From: a virus
Reading direction: 5' to 3' (one strand)
DNA length: 64,000 bases
Virus record (IMG/VR): IMGVR_UViG_3300036863_000086
Coordinates: 1 to 64,000 of that record
Part shown: positions 19,812 through 29,843 of the stretch, in pieces
Layout: each line of letters starts with the position of its first letter
Position numbering within the stretch: the stretch's first letter is position 1
Notes under the pieces: generated by a model
The model's input: only the letters and a program-made list of their open reading frames with translations
Databases searched by the model: none
What the model was told of the DNA's origin: nothing
Program-made: the position numbers and the translations under genes

Positions 19812-20431
19812 CTACCTCGACTGGCGCTTCGCCTTCGCTTCCATTTCAGCAGCTTCTTTTTCTTGGCGCTTCTGGTCAAGCTCGATAATTATTGCGAGTT
19901 GATTGACATATTTCCAGTCTTGATCGAGAAGCCCACCATCACGTGGAAGGCAGCGCATTGCTTGGCACATGCGCGTTAGCTTGACAGTTACAAGAACCTC
20001 ATCATCGAATTTCGATGTATCAGGTGCGCTCTTGACAATTAGCTGTTCTGCTTGGCGGAAAAATTTTCCTGCTCATCTTCCTGCCACTCATGCCGCTTGT
20101 TGATCAGCTCGCCAAGCTCATTGCCGACCTTCGGATGCAAGTCAGCAAGATCCTTGGGATTCGAAAAGTTATACTTACGGCCAGTCGCGTCTTCCAAGTT
20201 ATGGTCGATAATGCAATGCTCAAACTCAAACTTAGCAAGATCCTGGTTGTTCATCGTCAGGCTTGCCATGTTCTGCCTGCCACGCCCAGCCATTTCAAGT
20301 TGTACGGACATGACAATGTCCTGACGCTTCTGCCATTCACCAAAGGTCATGGTGCGCAGCTCGACGAATGCGCCAGGACAAGATTTCAGCTCAATGCGCT
20401 CGGTGTCCCGAGATGCTGATGCATTTGGCAT
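19812..20431 (-). CDS. tail assembly chaperone G/GT with programmed -1 frameshift (G = 20039..20431)
   Basis: In-frame slippery heptamer A AAT TTT at 20066-20060; -1 frame open to TAG 19812 encoding LPRDGGLLDQ. Confidence 0.85.
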
Positions 20432-20458
20432 GTTAGCTCCCTTCTAGCCTGCCAAATT

Positions 20459-21793
20459 TTATGGGTACAAAACCTCTTGTGTTTTCACCACCACGTTGTA
20501 GGAAGTTCCTGATCCCTGACTGAACATGACCATAAGTTCTTGGCTTGCGCGAACAAGATCGCCCTGGCTGCCAAGGCTGACTTCGTAGGTGTCGCGCACG
20601 TTGCTTGGCATCACAAATGAGAATCCGTTGATTGTACTGGAGAATGGGAATGTCCTGGCCGCAGTAATCGTCGTGCTTGTTGCTGTCACACTCTTGAAGT
20701 TGTCGTACTCTGTGCGATCTGGGAAGTCACGCTCGAAGCTAAGTTTTGCATCGCGCTGGCCGAACTTAATGTACTGCGCGCCACGTCCTGTGTTCTTCAA
20801 ACGGAACTGCGGTTCAGCGTTGTCTTCCACAGAGAAGTCAAAACCGTCAACATCGAAAATCTGTGTCGCTGTAGGAATTTCAAAGCTCCACGTTCCAGCG
20901 CCATAGGGAACCGAGGTTGTCGAGTAGGTTGGCGTTGGCAAGGTCTGCACTGCCTCGTCACTACCAACAACTGAGGCTTTGAACATCAGTTGTCCATCAG
21001 TAACGGTAAACGACCAGGAGCCGGTCACACAACCAACGTACCCAAAGACCACGTTATTTCGAACCACCGTGATGCTGAGTGTTCGGCCAGAAGATCCTGT
21101 GGCAGTTGGCGTTCCAGTATAGACCAAGTTCGGCGCAGTTCCAGACTTCACAAGCGTCATACGGCCACACATTAGGAAGTACGGCACCACATCGTCAAGT
21201 GCCTCAATTTCGAGGTCGCCTTCAACGAAGGTGTTTCCTGCCACAGCACCAAAGATGTCAACGAGCTGGCGAAGACCGCGACGATAAACGGTTGCTTGCG
21301 TGGTCTTCATATTCTCGCTCTGGAGTGGGAAAAACTTCGTTGGTGCAGTATAGACATTCGGCGTGCTTGCAGTATTCGATGTTGGAAACGCGCCTGATGG
21401 GGTACCAGGAGTCGTGTCAATGTCGGTGGTCACGGCGCCAACTGTTTTATACAGCAGCTCAGTTCCCGAGGCACCGCCAGCCGCCGTTTTGTAAAGTTTG
21501 TAGCCAGTCGCGCCAACCACCGCAGTCCAAGTGACCGTGACGGTCGATGTCGAGCCGGTCGTAACAATTGACCGCTCGTAGAAGGTACCACCAGACGTGC
21601 CGCCGTTATCGGCAATACCATGCGATTCGCCATTCGCGTTAATTGCCGTGATGAGATACCGATAGGTACCAGCAGCAATGGTACCACCAGTGCTAGCAGT
21701 AGCAATTGTTGATTGCAGTGGTGGGCTAAGCTGCTCAACAGCAATGCCAACGATACCGCCGCCGCCAATGCCATACGTAACGATTAGGACCAC
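20459..21793 (-). CDS. major tail (tube) protein with FN3/Ig-like insertion
   Basis: GIGGGGIVGIAVE start, SITVVRN..VFGYVGC; position before the chaperones; start codon uncertain. Confidence 0.8.
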   Translation of the reverse strand: MVLIVTYGIGGGGIVGIAVEQLSPPLQSTIATASTGGTIAAGTYRYLITAINANGESHGIADNGGTSGGTFYERSIVTTGSTSTVTVTWTAVVGATGYKLYKTAAGGASGTELLYKTVGAVTTDIDTTPGTPSGAFPTSNTASTPNVYTAPTKFFPLQSENMKTTQATVYRRGLRQLVDIFGAVAGNTFVEGDLEIEALDDVVPYFLMCGRMTLVKSGTAPNLVYTGTPTATGSSGRTLSITVVRNNVVFGYVGCVTGSWSFTVTDGQLMFKASVVGSDEAVQTLPTPTYSTTSVPYGAGTWSFEIPTATQIFDVDGFDFSVEDNAEPQFRLKNTGRGAQYIKFGQRDAKLSFERDFPDRTEYDNFKSVTATSTTITAARTFPFSSTINGFSFVMPSNVRDTYEVSLGSQGDLVRASQELMVMFSQGSGTSYNVVVKTQEVLYP

Positions 21794-22242
21794 CTCCTAA
21801 CACGAGTCTTCTCAAATTCCTTTGAGGTGGCTGCCCGACACGTTTTGCATCCACGGCGCCCATCTGGACGCCAATATGTATTTGCATCGTCAAACGGATG
21901 CTCACGCTTGCATGACGTGTCGTTCCGCTTGTTAATCCAAGTACCAACGCCACGCTTGAGATTTTCTTCCCAAGTCACAGGCTCAAGATGGTCGGGGCGA
22001 ACACAAAGCCGATTTCGGCAAAGGTGATCGAGTTCCATGCCATTCGGAATCGGCCCAGTCCAAAGTTCATATGCATAACGATGGGCCATATATTTCGTAG
22101 CGGAGTTAACAGCAAAGCGCCCATAACCGCCACGAGCCTGCCCACCTCGCCATTCCCAGCATTCATTACCAGCAGTCGGAAACGGCACGTAGTTCATAAA
22201 CCGGCGATCAACATCAGTGTATCCGCCGGTGGCCATAGGCAT
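21784..22242 (-). CDS. HNH homing endonuclease
   Basis: CWEWRG..GYGRF..AHR.AY...DHLCRNRLCVRPDHLEPVT..EN; C-terminal CKREH..CKTC. Confidence 0.9.
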   Translation of the reverse strand: MPMATGGYTDVDRRFMNYVPFPTAGNECWEWRGGQARGGYGRFAVNSATKYMAHRYAYELWTGPIPNGMELDHLCRNRLCVRPDHLEPVTWEENLKRGVGTWINKRNDTSCKREHPFDDANTYWRPDGRRGCKTCRAATSKEFEKTRVRRWS

Positions 22243-22515
22243 CTACTCTTTCACCTCCTTCGCTGGCTCGGTGGCGTCAGCCTTCGCTTTTGCCTTGAGC
22301 TTCGGAGCTTCAACTTTTTTCTCAGCAACCGTGATGAGCGAATCATGCTCGAACGCATCAAGCAGCGACCGTCCGTGGAATGCTTGGAATACGATCTGCG
22401 CATCATCACTGACATCAATTGACCCGCCGTTTTTCACAACGCCGAGCCCAGAGATTTCGACCTCCTCGCCGAGAGGGCGGCCTGGAAGATTCAGACTCAC
22501 AACCAAATCGGGCAC
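22243..22515 (-). CDS. hypothetical virion morphogenesis protein
   Basis: ORF in neck/tail region with RBS. Confidence 0.55.
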   Translation of the reverse strand: MPDLVVSLNLPGRPLGEEVEISGLGVVKNGGSIDVSDDAQIVFQAFHGRSLLDAFEHDSLITVAEKKVEAPKLKAKAKADATEPAKEVKE

Positions 22516-22531
22516 GTTCCCTCACCGCCCT

Positions 22532-22960
22532 TCATATCATTGCCTTCGACAAGCCTTCCCACGTCAGCCTATGCGCACGAAGTTTGGCTCCAGACCGACG
22601 AGCAACGCCTGGCTCCATTCGCGTCACATTGCCATGAATAATAATGCCGTTCAACGTTTTGTTTTGATGAATAGCATCACGTACCTGCTGCGCGTAAAGA
22701 TCGGAATCCTTCTTGAGCTGTGACTGATCGACGATCTGCGCGTAGTAGACCATGATGGCGATATTGAATCGGTGTTCAAGGTAGAAGTTTGAAACTGGGT
22801 TCTGAATGTCAGTGGGAGCTGCCTCGACTGTTGTACATGGTGTGAATGGAATCCGATCCTGGTCGCCGTAGTAGACTTCTTTAAGGTTCAACGACACGTC
22901 TGCCTTGAGCAGGTCGATAATCGCCTGGCAAACTTCGGATGGATCTTTTGTTAACGCCAT
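22532..22960 (-). CDS. tail terminator
   Basis: Size, position, VYYGDQ..IP..P. Confidence 0.6.
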   Translation of the reverse strand: MALTKDPSEVCQAIIDLLKADVSLNLKEVYYGDQDRIPFTPCTTVEAAPTDIQNPVSNFYLEHRFNIAIMVYYAQIVDQSQLKKDSDLYAQQVRDAIHQNKTLNGIIIHGNVTRMEPGVARRSGAKLRAHRLTWEGLSKAMI

Positions 22961-23478
22961 CAGATCCCTGCGCTCCGTTTGTTCCAGTTCACAATAATAA
23001 TGCCTTCAACCCATGCAGAGAAAATCGCTTCAATCCGCACTTGATCGTCGCGTTGCATGACAGCAAACGGACGCGCGGGGAAGTCGACATTGAAGAAATC
23101 CCTGCCGCCCTGATGAAGCATTCCGTACCATGCTGCGTTTGGTAGATTTGAAATAGATGCCTCATGGCCAGTGATCGTCCATCGAGCACGATGGCTCATC
23201 GCACCGAACAGTTGGCCAGATTCGACAAGAATGTCGCTCCCAAAGAGCCCACCCATCGTGCCCTGGCGCTCGCGTCGTGCGATCGTTTCCTCAGAAAGCG
23301 GCTGCCACGGAGGCCGGCCGCCTTCTTCAAAATTCTGTAAAATTGATGGAATAAGAACTCGGTCAACTGCCTTCGTCAGTGGCACTCTAAAGGTTCGAAA
23401 GCCTGCCGCGAGTTTCGCAAGATCAAACTCAAGCACCGCAAGCGGTGGAACGTAGTCGATCTTGAACTCAGTTGGCAT
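22960..23478 (-). CDS. virion morphogenesis (Mu gpG-like neck) protein
   Basis: NF..GGRP.W.PLS..T...IL..SG.L...Y...HQ.G...PARPF. Confidence 0.8.
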   Translation of the reverse strand: MPTEFKIDYVPPLAVLEFDLAKLAAGFRTFRVPLTKAVDRVLIPSILQNFEEGGRPPWQPLSEETIARRERQGTMGGLFGSDILVESGQLFGAMSHRARWTITGHEASISNLPNAAWYGMLHQGGRDFFNVDFPARPFAVMQRDDQVRIEAIFSAWVEGIIIVNWNKRSAGI

Positions 23479-23490
23479 ACAGGCTCCGTT

Positions 23491-23910
23491 TCAGAATGTT
23501 CCTGTCAGAGTTTCTGTCACGCCGTTCGTCGTATCAGTGATGGTCACGTCAGAGAAGACAACTGTCATTGGCGGCGAGCAGGATGGCTGGAAGACTGCTG
23601 TCACCGACAGCTCGAAGTCAGCCTTGCCGTTCTGGACAGGAAAATCACCAGCAGCATTCAATGACTCTTTGTTTGCTGCCTGTGGGTGGTTGTCACCAGG
23701 ATTGATACAACTTGCAGTTGCGCTGAGAACAATGTGAACCTGCGCTTCGTCGCCAAGGCCAGCTTCTTTGCCACTTACTGTCAACGTATTATCTGAACGA
23801 GCAACGCTGAGCTGGTCATCAACAAAATGCGGACTTCCTGCCAATGCGGCAGTCGTCGAACCGATTACCATAACTGCTGCCAATGCAAGTGCTGTAAAGA
23901 AACGTTTCAC
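23491..23910 (-). CDS. secreted protein (signal peptide) inserted in neck region
   Basis: MKRFFTALALAAV...ALA signal; two Cys. Confidence 0.6.
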   Translation of the reverse strand: MKRFFTALALAAVMVIGSTTAALAGSPHFVDDQLSVARSDNTLTVSGKEAGLGDEAQVHIVLSATASCINPGDNHPQAANKESLNAAGDFPVQNGKADFELSVTAVFQPSCSPPMTVVFSDVTITDTTNGVTETLTGTF

Positions 23911-23919
23911 AAACTCTCC

Positions 23920-24399
23920 CTAATAACGGTCGCCCATGCGGAACTTGATATCTTCCGAACCTGCACCAGCTCCAACAATAAAACCAAGCGCGTCGACAAT
24001 TGTATCGCTGCCAGTTAAATCGTTCGGATAGTATGCAGGGTCATTCGCTGTGATCGGCGTTGGATAATCAACAAGAACAATCGTGCCGTTCAGTAGCGCC
24101 GTAATAATGCTCTCTGCCCATACTTCGAGCTTGTTGGCGTATTTATTTCCAGCATCGTCCTCTTCGGAGTACAGCTTGTTGTAGCGGTTCGCTGCAACCT
24201 TCGCGGAAATAACTACGCGAACAAGATTCGGCGTCGTGGCGTTATCAACCCAAGTTGCGACATTGTAGATTTGGCCCAGTTTCGCCAGGACATATGTCGA
24301 GACGTTGAATTCCTCTGGCAGCGTATCAGTTGCAGGCAGCTCAAGTTTCCCGGCGTCAAGCCAGGATTGAACTTCCGCAATCGTGACATGCAGCGCCAC
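23920..24399 (-). CDS. head-to-tail adaptor
   Basis: Position after capsid; size and helical pattern. Confidence 0.6.
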   Translation of the reverse strand: MALHVTIAEVQSWLDAGKLELPATDTLPEEFNVSTYVLAKLGQIYNVATWVDNATTPNLVRVVISAKVAANRYNKLYSEEDDAGNKYANKLEVWAESIITALLNGTIVLVDYPTPITANDPAYYPNDLTGSDTIVDALGFIVGAGAGSEDIKFRMGDRY

Positions 24400-24402
24400 G
24401 AA

Positions 24403-24918
24403 TTATTCCTTTGTACCAGAGGTCTTCGCTCGAACTTGTGGTCCTGACTTTGGCTCAGCTTTTGGTGGTTCAGTTTTTGGTGGTTCTGCCTTCGGTGGTT
24501 CTGCCTTCGGTGGCTCAGTTTTTGGCGCAGCAGGTGTTTCAACCACAGGCTCTGGTTCGGTCTGCCCGACTTCCTGTGGCAGCAGCGCTGTCTGCGACTT
24601 GGGTGGTGCCGCATTCAGCGCCTTCTGCTGTGCTTCAAGAACGGCGCGCTGCGGGGATGACGCAAGTCGGACCTGCTGTTGCTGTGCTTCCACAGTTGCA
24701 GCTTCTTGAGCTGCTTGTGCTTCAGCAAGCGCAGTTTCTGCGCCATTTAGCGCATCCCAAACGTTCTTCGGAACCGCTGAGCCAATCTGGCGAAGAGTAA
24801 GAACCTCGTCATCGCTCATTTCAGATGGAAGCTCATCGCCTGACTCAAGCCAAAACTTACTCCCGTCCTTCGCTCCATAGCTAATGGGGAATCTGGCAAC
24901 AAACAGCTCCTTGGCCAT
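24403..24918 (-). CDS. head-associated protein with EPPK(A/T) repeats
   Basis: ORF after major capsid gene. Confidence 0.6.
   Translation of the reverse strand: MAKELFVARFPISYGAKDGSKFWLESGDELPSEMSDDEVLTLRQIGSAVPKNVWDALNGAETALAEAQAAQEAATVEAQQQQVRLASSPQRAVLEAQQKALNAAPPKSQTALLPQEVGQTEPEPVVETPAAPKTEPPKAEPPKAEPPKTEPPKAEPKSGPQVRAKTSGTKE
24452..24526 (-). repeat. 15-bp coding tandem repeat (K[T/A]EPP, about 5 copies)
   Basis: Visible GGTGGTTCTGCCTTC-type units. Confidence 0.7.
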
Positions 24919-24935
24919 AGCCCAATCCCTTCTTA

Positions 24936-25919
24936 TTAGGCGACGGCAGCTTTGATCAGGTAACCAGCAATAATTTTTCCAGATGCGTCCTGTGCAGGGG
25001 TTTTCAAGTCATAGCGCCGAGAAACACGAATAATGTCTGACTTACGGTTATTCTCGCGCCAGCGGTCTGCAACCTGTGGTGTTCCACCGCCGTAGCCCCA
25101 GACAATTTCGTAGGCGAATGCCGGGATTTTCAGCCCAGGGTTTGGTGGCACCCAAGCAACCACAACGTCCTTACCCCACAGGTAGCCGAGAACTGGGGTT
25201 TGGCCCATTGCTGCGGTGTTCTGCCCTGCCATCGGGATGATGATGTTGGGAATTCCCAAAATCGAACCAATGATGTCAGGCGTCATCACGCCACGCTCGG
25301 AATACTTGATGCGCTCGATGAAGTCAGGGTGGTCTTCGAGAATCGAGATGACCTGATAGGGAACGACAGCGGTGTTTGGGTCAGAGAAAAGGTTCGAGTT
25401 AATCGCACGAATTGCCGTGCGGAAGTCAGAAATCGGGTTGGAGTTCACGTAGTCCGACCACTGGCTTGTACCAGACAGTGTGACCGTCATCGTTGTACCA
25501 GTTGTTGAATAGTTTGCCGCAGTCGTGACGAGGTTCTTCATGAGCACTTCGCGGCCCAAAAGGACTTTCTGGGTCACAAGGTAGGTGCCGTCCTCGTCTG
25601 GCGAGAATGGCGAATCGGCGTTGTCGCGCTCCTCGTCAGTCACGGCAATTTGCAGCGAGTGCTCGACCGCAAAGTAGCTGTCGGTCGAGACGACGTAACC
25701 GGGAATTTCGTTCGCCTCGGTGCCAGGCGCACGAACGTCGAGGTGGGTGGACCATGCTTCGCGGCCGAAGATGTAGTACTTGTTCGACTGCTTCTGGACG
25801 GTCACCTGTGGAAAGAGGCGGTTCCCAACGAATTCGTTGTTTGGGAAGCCGACTGAAATCTTGGTAAGCGCAACATCGATGTGGATGTTGCCGCCACCCC
25901 TTGGGTCATAAACGGCCAT
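24936..25919 (-). CDS. major capsid protein
   Basis: HIDVALT.ISV...LFP.V.V...RAPG, WSDY.NSNP; 327 aa after scaffold/decoration genes. Confidence 0.88.
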   Translation of the reverse strand: MAVYDPRGGGNIHIDVALTKISVGFPNNEFVGNRLFPQVTVQKQSNKYYIFGREAWSTHLDVRAPGTEANEIPGYVVSTDSYFAVEHSLQIAVTDEERDNADSPFSPDEDGTYLVTQKVLLGREVLMKNLVTTAANYSTTGTTMTVTLSGTSQWSDYVNSNPISDFRTAIRAINSNLFSDPNTAVVPYQVISILEDHPDFIERIKYSERGVMTPDIIGSILGIPNIIIPMAGQNTAAMGQTPVLGYLWGKDVVVAWVPPNPGLKIPAFAYEIVWGYGGGTPQVADRWRENNRKSDIIRVSRRYDLKTPAQDASGKIIAGYLIKAAVA

Positions 25920-25941
25920 TTAGTTGCTTTCGCCTCCTTCC

Positions 25942-26325
25942 TTAGATCGTTGCGCCAGGTGTCAGCAGCACGTCGATGATGTCGTTGACAACGCCACCAG
26001 AAACTGCAATGCCAACGACCTTGTCAAGCGCTGTGGTGGTTGTTATCACTTTGCCTGTAGCATCGACTTTGACCTTGTCACCGACAGCAACAGTTCCACC
26101 GCAAACCGCTTTGCTGATGCCAAGGATGCGAACATCCGCAACCTGCTTTGCGAGGTCAGCCGTTGCAACTGGCTGCTGAATAATGCCGATGGCAAGATCA
26201 GTCAGGCCAGTAACCGGTGTTACCTGCTCTGGCTGGCCAGCAACCTGCTTCACAGCTTGAAACTGTGTTGCCGCAGTTGTGACGACAGTAAAACCTTTGT
26301 CGAGCACATAGTTTGGCCCGGGCAA
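25942..26325 (-). CDS. capsid decoration/cement protein (DUF2190-like)
   Basis: G.V.VGD.V..DATGK...VG.A....DII.VLL. Confidence 0.75.
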   Translation of the reverse strand: MPGPNYVLDKGFTVVTTAATQFQAVKQVAGQPEQVTPVTGLTDLAIGIIQQPVATADLAKQVADVRILGISKAVCGGTVAVGDKVKVDATGKVITTTTALDKVVGIAVSGGVVNDIIDVLLTPGATI

Positions 26326-26961
26326 TTACTTCACCTCGCCTTCAATGAACGTGGCGTTCCTGTAGGCGGTGTAAAGCGACGGGTTGTCGCGCGAAAGCTG
26401 CCGAACAGCATCGGCGTAGGAAAGCTGGTTTTCTGCCATCCGACGCTGCACACCAATGTTGAACTGCTGCACCGGGTCGTCAATGTGCTGCAACTCGAAA
26501 TCAGTGTCGGTACGGCCGCGCTCGCCAAGCTCGACGAGGCCCTTTTCCTTCACCTCAGCAAACAGCTTGATGATGTCATCAGCAAGCGGCTTCGGCGACT
26601 TAATGAGAAGCTGAAGCAGCTTTTCCTGAGCTGGCACCGGCAGTACATAGCCCTTGCCCTCGGAAAGTTGCTGCACCGCAGCATTTGCCTCGGACAGACG
26701 AAGCGATGCTTCGAGCTTGTCGTTGTGCTCACGAAGCGTCTTCACGACATCGTTCATCTTTTCGAGCTGCGCAGCCTCGTCCTGCTCGCGCAGGCCCTTA
26801 ATGACGGCGTCCAGCCCTTCAAGCGTTGGGTCGCCGCCATTATTGCCGTTGTTGCCATTGCCTGGCGGAGTAATTCGCTCCGACAGCTTCTGTGCAACGT
26901 CGTCTTCAGTCGCGTCGTCAGAAAGTCCAAAGGACTTCTTCAGAACGTCAACAAGCGACAT
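26326..26961 (-). CDS. scaffold protein
   Basis: GLSDDATEDDV, coiled coil, SYADA. Confidence 0.7.
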   Translation of the reverse strand: MSLVDVLKKSFGLSDDATEDDVAQKLSERITPPGNGNNGNNGGDPTLEGLDAVIKGLREQDEAAQLEKMNDVVKTLREHNDKLEASLRLSEANAAVQQLSEGKGYVLPVPAQEKLLQLLIKSPKPLADDIIKLFAEVKEKGLVELGERGRTDTDFELQHIDDPVQQFNIGVQRRMAENQLSYADAVRQLSRDNPSLYTAYRNATFIEGEVK

Positions 26962-27600
26962 CTATTTCCTCCCCTCAAGTTGAGAAGTGAAAAGCCGGCC
27001 GATCCATTGCTCGTCCTTAGCGAGGCGTTCGACCAGCAGTTTGTGTTCCTCACGTAGCACTTTCACTTCGTCGCTGAGGGTTATAAGAGCGTCGTCTGGT
27101 TCATGATCTAAAGGTGCCACCAGTAGCGGCGTGATTTCTGCCATCGTGATCGGGAGGAGATCCTTCAGAAATGGACGGTTTGTGAGTGCTGCGCCAAAGA
27201 GCACGTCCTTATGCGTCTCACCTGTCCTTTCGTGGGTCCACTCATCCCGATATTCAGGCGAGAGATATTTGTACTCGCCATCTTTAACGGCTTTCTCGCC
27301 TTCTGGCGTGAACTCCACAGCAATCCACAGGCCATTAGAGCGTAGGTCAGCATCCTTGATCCAGCCCGCAGCCTTGCTGCCCTTGGCCGGGTCATTCTTG
27401 TGCTCGTAGTCAATATCCAGCTCAACGCCACGCACCTTACTCTTAATATTCTGGGCGAATTGGCGGAGCCGATCAAACGTAAAGTCGATCTTTCCCCACG
27501 TCGGATGGTTGTACGTGCCGACCGTCATCGCGTGCAACCAAGTTCGCCCGCCATCGGCGAGCTGAGTAGAAGAAAGATCGATAGTGTAGGAGAAATCCAC
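26962..27600 (-). CDS. Mu-like prohead protease (protein I)
   Basis: IDYEH, AAGWI, EYKYLSPE, GAALTNRPF. Confidence 0.9.
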   Translation of the reverse strand: MDFSYTIDLSSTQLADGGRTWLHAMTVGTYNHPTWGKIDFTFDRLRQFAQNIKSKVRGVELDIDYEHKNDPAKGSKAAGWIKDADLRSNGLWIAVEFTPEGEKAVKDGEYKYLSPEYRDEWTHERTGETHKDVLFGAALTNRPFLKDLLPITMAEITPLLVAPLDHEPDDALITLSDEVKVLREEHKLLVERLAKDEQWIGRLFTSQLEGRK

Positions 27601-27623
27601 GCGCGAATTCCTTTCTGATTGAC

Positions 27624-27653
27624 AGTGTGTCAGATTGCGCGTCGGCTTTGCAA
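27624..27653 (-). promoter_or_regulatory. possible promoter for head genes
   Basis: TTGCAA-N18-(TGA)CACACT in the only gap upstream of the protease. Confidence 0.3.
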
Positions 27654-27672
27654 GTTAGAGCTAATGATATAG

Positions 27673-28302
27673 CTAAACGCCAACCGAATGAATCACCCAG
27701 CCGTTTGGCGTCACGGTAATTAAGCTGTATGCCAATTCTGGTGCAGCGCCACCTCGGCCATCAACAATGAGTGGACCCCAAGGTGCGAACTGAACCGTAA
27801 AGCCATGATAATGACCAGCAAACATTGCATCCGCACGGTCTTTTAATGTTTCAACTAGCCAATCCGCGTCAGGGTTTTCGCCGCCTTCGACCATACCATG
27901 ACGGTTTTCATTGCCATCTGGTAGCACAATTGGACACGGAGGCATGTGAGCAAAGACGAATTCATATGGCGTTGTCTTTGGCACACCAAGATAGGACTTT
28001 CCCGTCTCTGTCAATCTGCCCGTAGAGTTATCTAACCCAATCAGCATCGTAAGCCCATCCGATGTCTGGTATTTCCACTCTCTCGCGCAGCCAATCGAGT
28101 CATACTCAGCATCGTGGTTGCCAGGAACGGGAAAAAACTTGTACCCAGAGGTAAGCACTCGTGAGCGAACTTGCTCATACGCTGGCATGAGATCGCCCAC
28201 CTGGACAACATAATCACAGGCAATAAGCGCGCTATCAAGGACGGCGGAGAGCCGTGCAGGATCTCCACCAGAAAGATCGCCAACTACGCCGATTTTTGTC
28301 AT
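27673..28302 (-). CDS. calcineurin-like metallophosphoesterase
   Basis: VGD, QVGDL, PGNHD, HMPP, GHYH. Confidence 0.85.
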   Translation of the reverse strand: MTKIGVVGDLSGGDPARLSAVLDSALIACDYVVQVGDLMPAYEQVRSRVLTSGYKFFPVPGNHDAEYDSIGCAREWKYQTSDGLTMLIGLDNSTGRLTETGKSYLGVPKTTPYEFVFAHMPPCPIVLPDGNENRHGMVEGGENPDADWLVETLKDRADAMFAGHYHGFTVQFAPWGPLIVDGRGGAAPELAYSLITVTPNGWVIHSVGV

Positions 28303-28303
28303 T

Positions 28304-28636
28304 TCACACATTCTCCACAATGAAATCGCCGTGCTGCAATGTTTGCGGATGTGCTGCAATGACGGAATTGATCTTGTACCAATAGACGCCAGGATTTGCT
28401 GTCGCGGCAGTTGTGACCTGGACGGTAAACTTCCCATTTGGTGCATCGGTGATCGTCGCTGTGATCGTTGCCATCGCTGAGCCATCAGCGGTATTTTTCG
28501 TCGCCTTGACGTACATGGTCACGGCTGACCCAGTAAGATCGAAGGGACTTGTACTGCCATCTGGATTCCGCTTTTGCGCGGTAATCGTCAGGAGTGGCTC
28601 GTTCCCCTCTTGGACCTTTAGTGGTATAAGGCTCAC
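28304..28636 (-). CDS. BppU-like beta-sandwich virion protein
   Basis: PFDLTG..V...ITDA.NGKF...PG.Y.Y...G.F.V. Confidence 0.55.
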   Translation of the reverse strand: MSLIPLKVQEGNEPLLTITAQKRNPDGSTSPFDLTGSAVTMYVKATKNTADGSAMATITATITDAPNGKFTVQVTTAATANPGVYWYKINSVIAAHPQTLQHGDFIVENV

Positions 28637-29835
28637 ACGCCCACTCCCGTCAAGAATTGCTCGGCTGAGATATCGGCAATATCGCCGTCTTCTGCAACAG
28701 TCGTGAAGTTGTACGATAGCATTGATGCCATGAAGCCGTTTTCAACAATCGCTGTGAACACGTTGGCAGAGACGTAAGTCGTGAGTCGAATCTCAATACC
28801 AGCAGCAACAACGATGGTGAAGACGGGAAGCCCAAAACCTTCTTCTGTACGAATCCCCGTCGCTGAAATCGTCTGTGCTGATGGAATCGAGACACTCGCA
28901 AAACCAAATCGTTCTTCGCTTCGAACGCCGGTGGGCGTGACGAACAGCGTCGATGTGTTGGCACCGAATGTTTCGCTGCTCGGAATTCCTGTCGGTGCAA
29001 TCGTAGCACTTGCTGACGTTGTCGTGGCACCAAAGCGTTCTGCCGATTGAATGCCAGTTGGATTAATCGCCACAACGACAGTCGCCGTGACAGAGTTGTT
29101 AACCTGTTCTGATGGAATTCCTGTTGGCGTAATGAAAAGTGTTGTAGTAGTTGCGCCCTCGCGCTCAGCAGATTGGATGCCAGTTGCTGCAATCGTCGCA
29201 GTTGAAGAAACTGTTACTGCACCAAACCGTTCTTCGCTTTGAATGCTTGCTGGATTAATTGCGGTAACGACTGTTGCAGTAATGGAGTTGTTGATTTGCT
29301 CCGATGGAATTCCGGTCGGCGCAATGAAGACCGTAGTCGTCGTCGCGCCAAACGTTTGTGCCGACTGGATGCCTGTTGCAGAAATCGTCGCTGTCGAACT
29401 AATTGCTGCTGCACCAGAGCGTTCTTCTGACTGAATTCCTGTCGGGTTGATTGCCGTAACGACAGTTGCGACAATCGTACCTTCGAGTTCCGCTGACTGA
29501 ATACCAGTCGTAGAAATTACTGACGTGACAGACGGTTCACCAGATCGTTCTGCTGATTGAATACCTGTCGTGAAAATCGTTGTCGTCGACGTAAGAACTG
29601 AAGCGCCAAGGCGTTCTTCAGACTGGATACCAGTCGCGGAGATTGCCTGGTTGAGCTGCGATGCACCAGATCGTTCCTCTGACAGAATACCAATCGCAGT
29701 AATGAAGACCGTCGAAGTTGTTACGCCAAGGCGCTCTTCGGATTGAATGCCTGTTGCGTTAACTGTCTGGTCAGCAGCAGCAGTAATAACCGGGACGAAC
29801 TCCCGGTAAACGTTTCCGCTGCCGCGTAGTGGCAT
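28633..29835 (-). CDS. repeat-rich virion protein (about 15 copies of I.xTGIQSxExxG)
   Basis: About 21-22 aa tandem repeats. Confidence 0.7.
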   Translation of the reverse strand: MPLRGSGNVYREFVPVITAAADQTVNATGIQSEERLGVTTSTVFITAIGILSEERSGASQLNQAISATGIQSEERLGASVLTSTTTIFTTGIQSAERSGEPSVTSVISTTGIQSAELEGTIVATVVTAINPTGIQSEERSGAAAISSTATISATGIQSAQTFGATTTTVFIAPTGIPSEQINNSITATVVTAINPASIQSEERFGAVTVSSTATIAATGIQSAEREGATTTTLFITPTGIPSEQVNNSVTATVVVAINPTGIQSAERFGATTTSASATIAPTGIPSSETFGANTSTLFVTPTGVRSEERFGFASVSIPSAQTISATGIRTEEGFGLPVFTIVVAAGIEIRLTTYVSANVFTAIVENGFMASMLSYNFTTVAEDGDIADISAEQFLTGVGV

Positions 29836-29843
29836 TCGTTACC

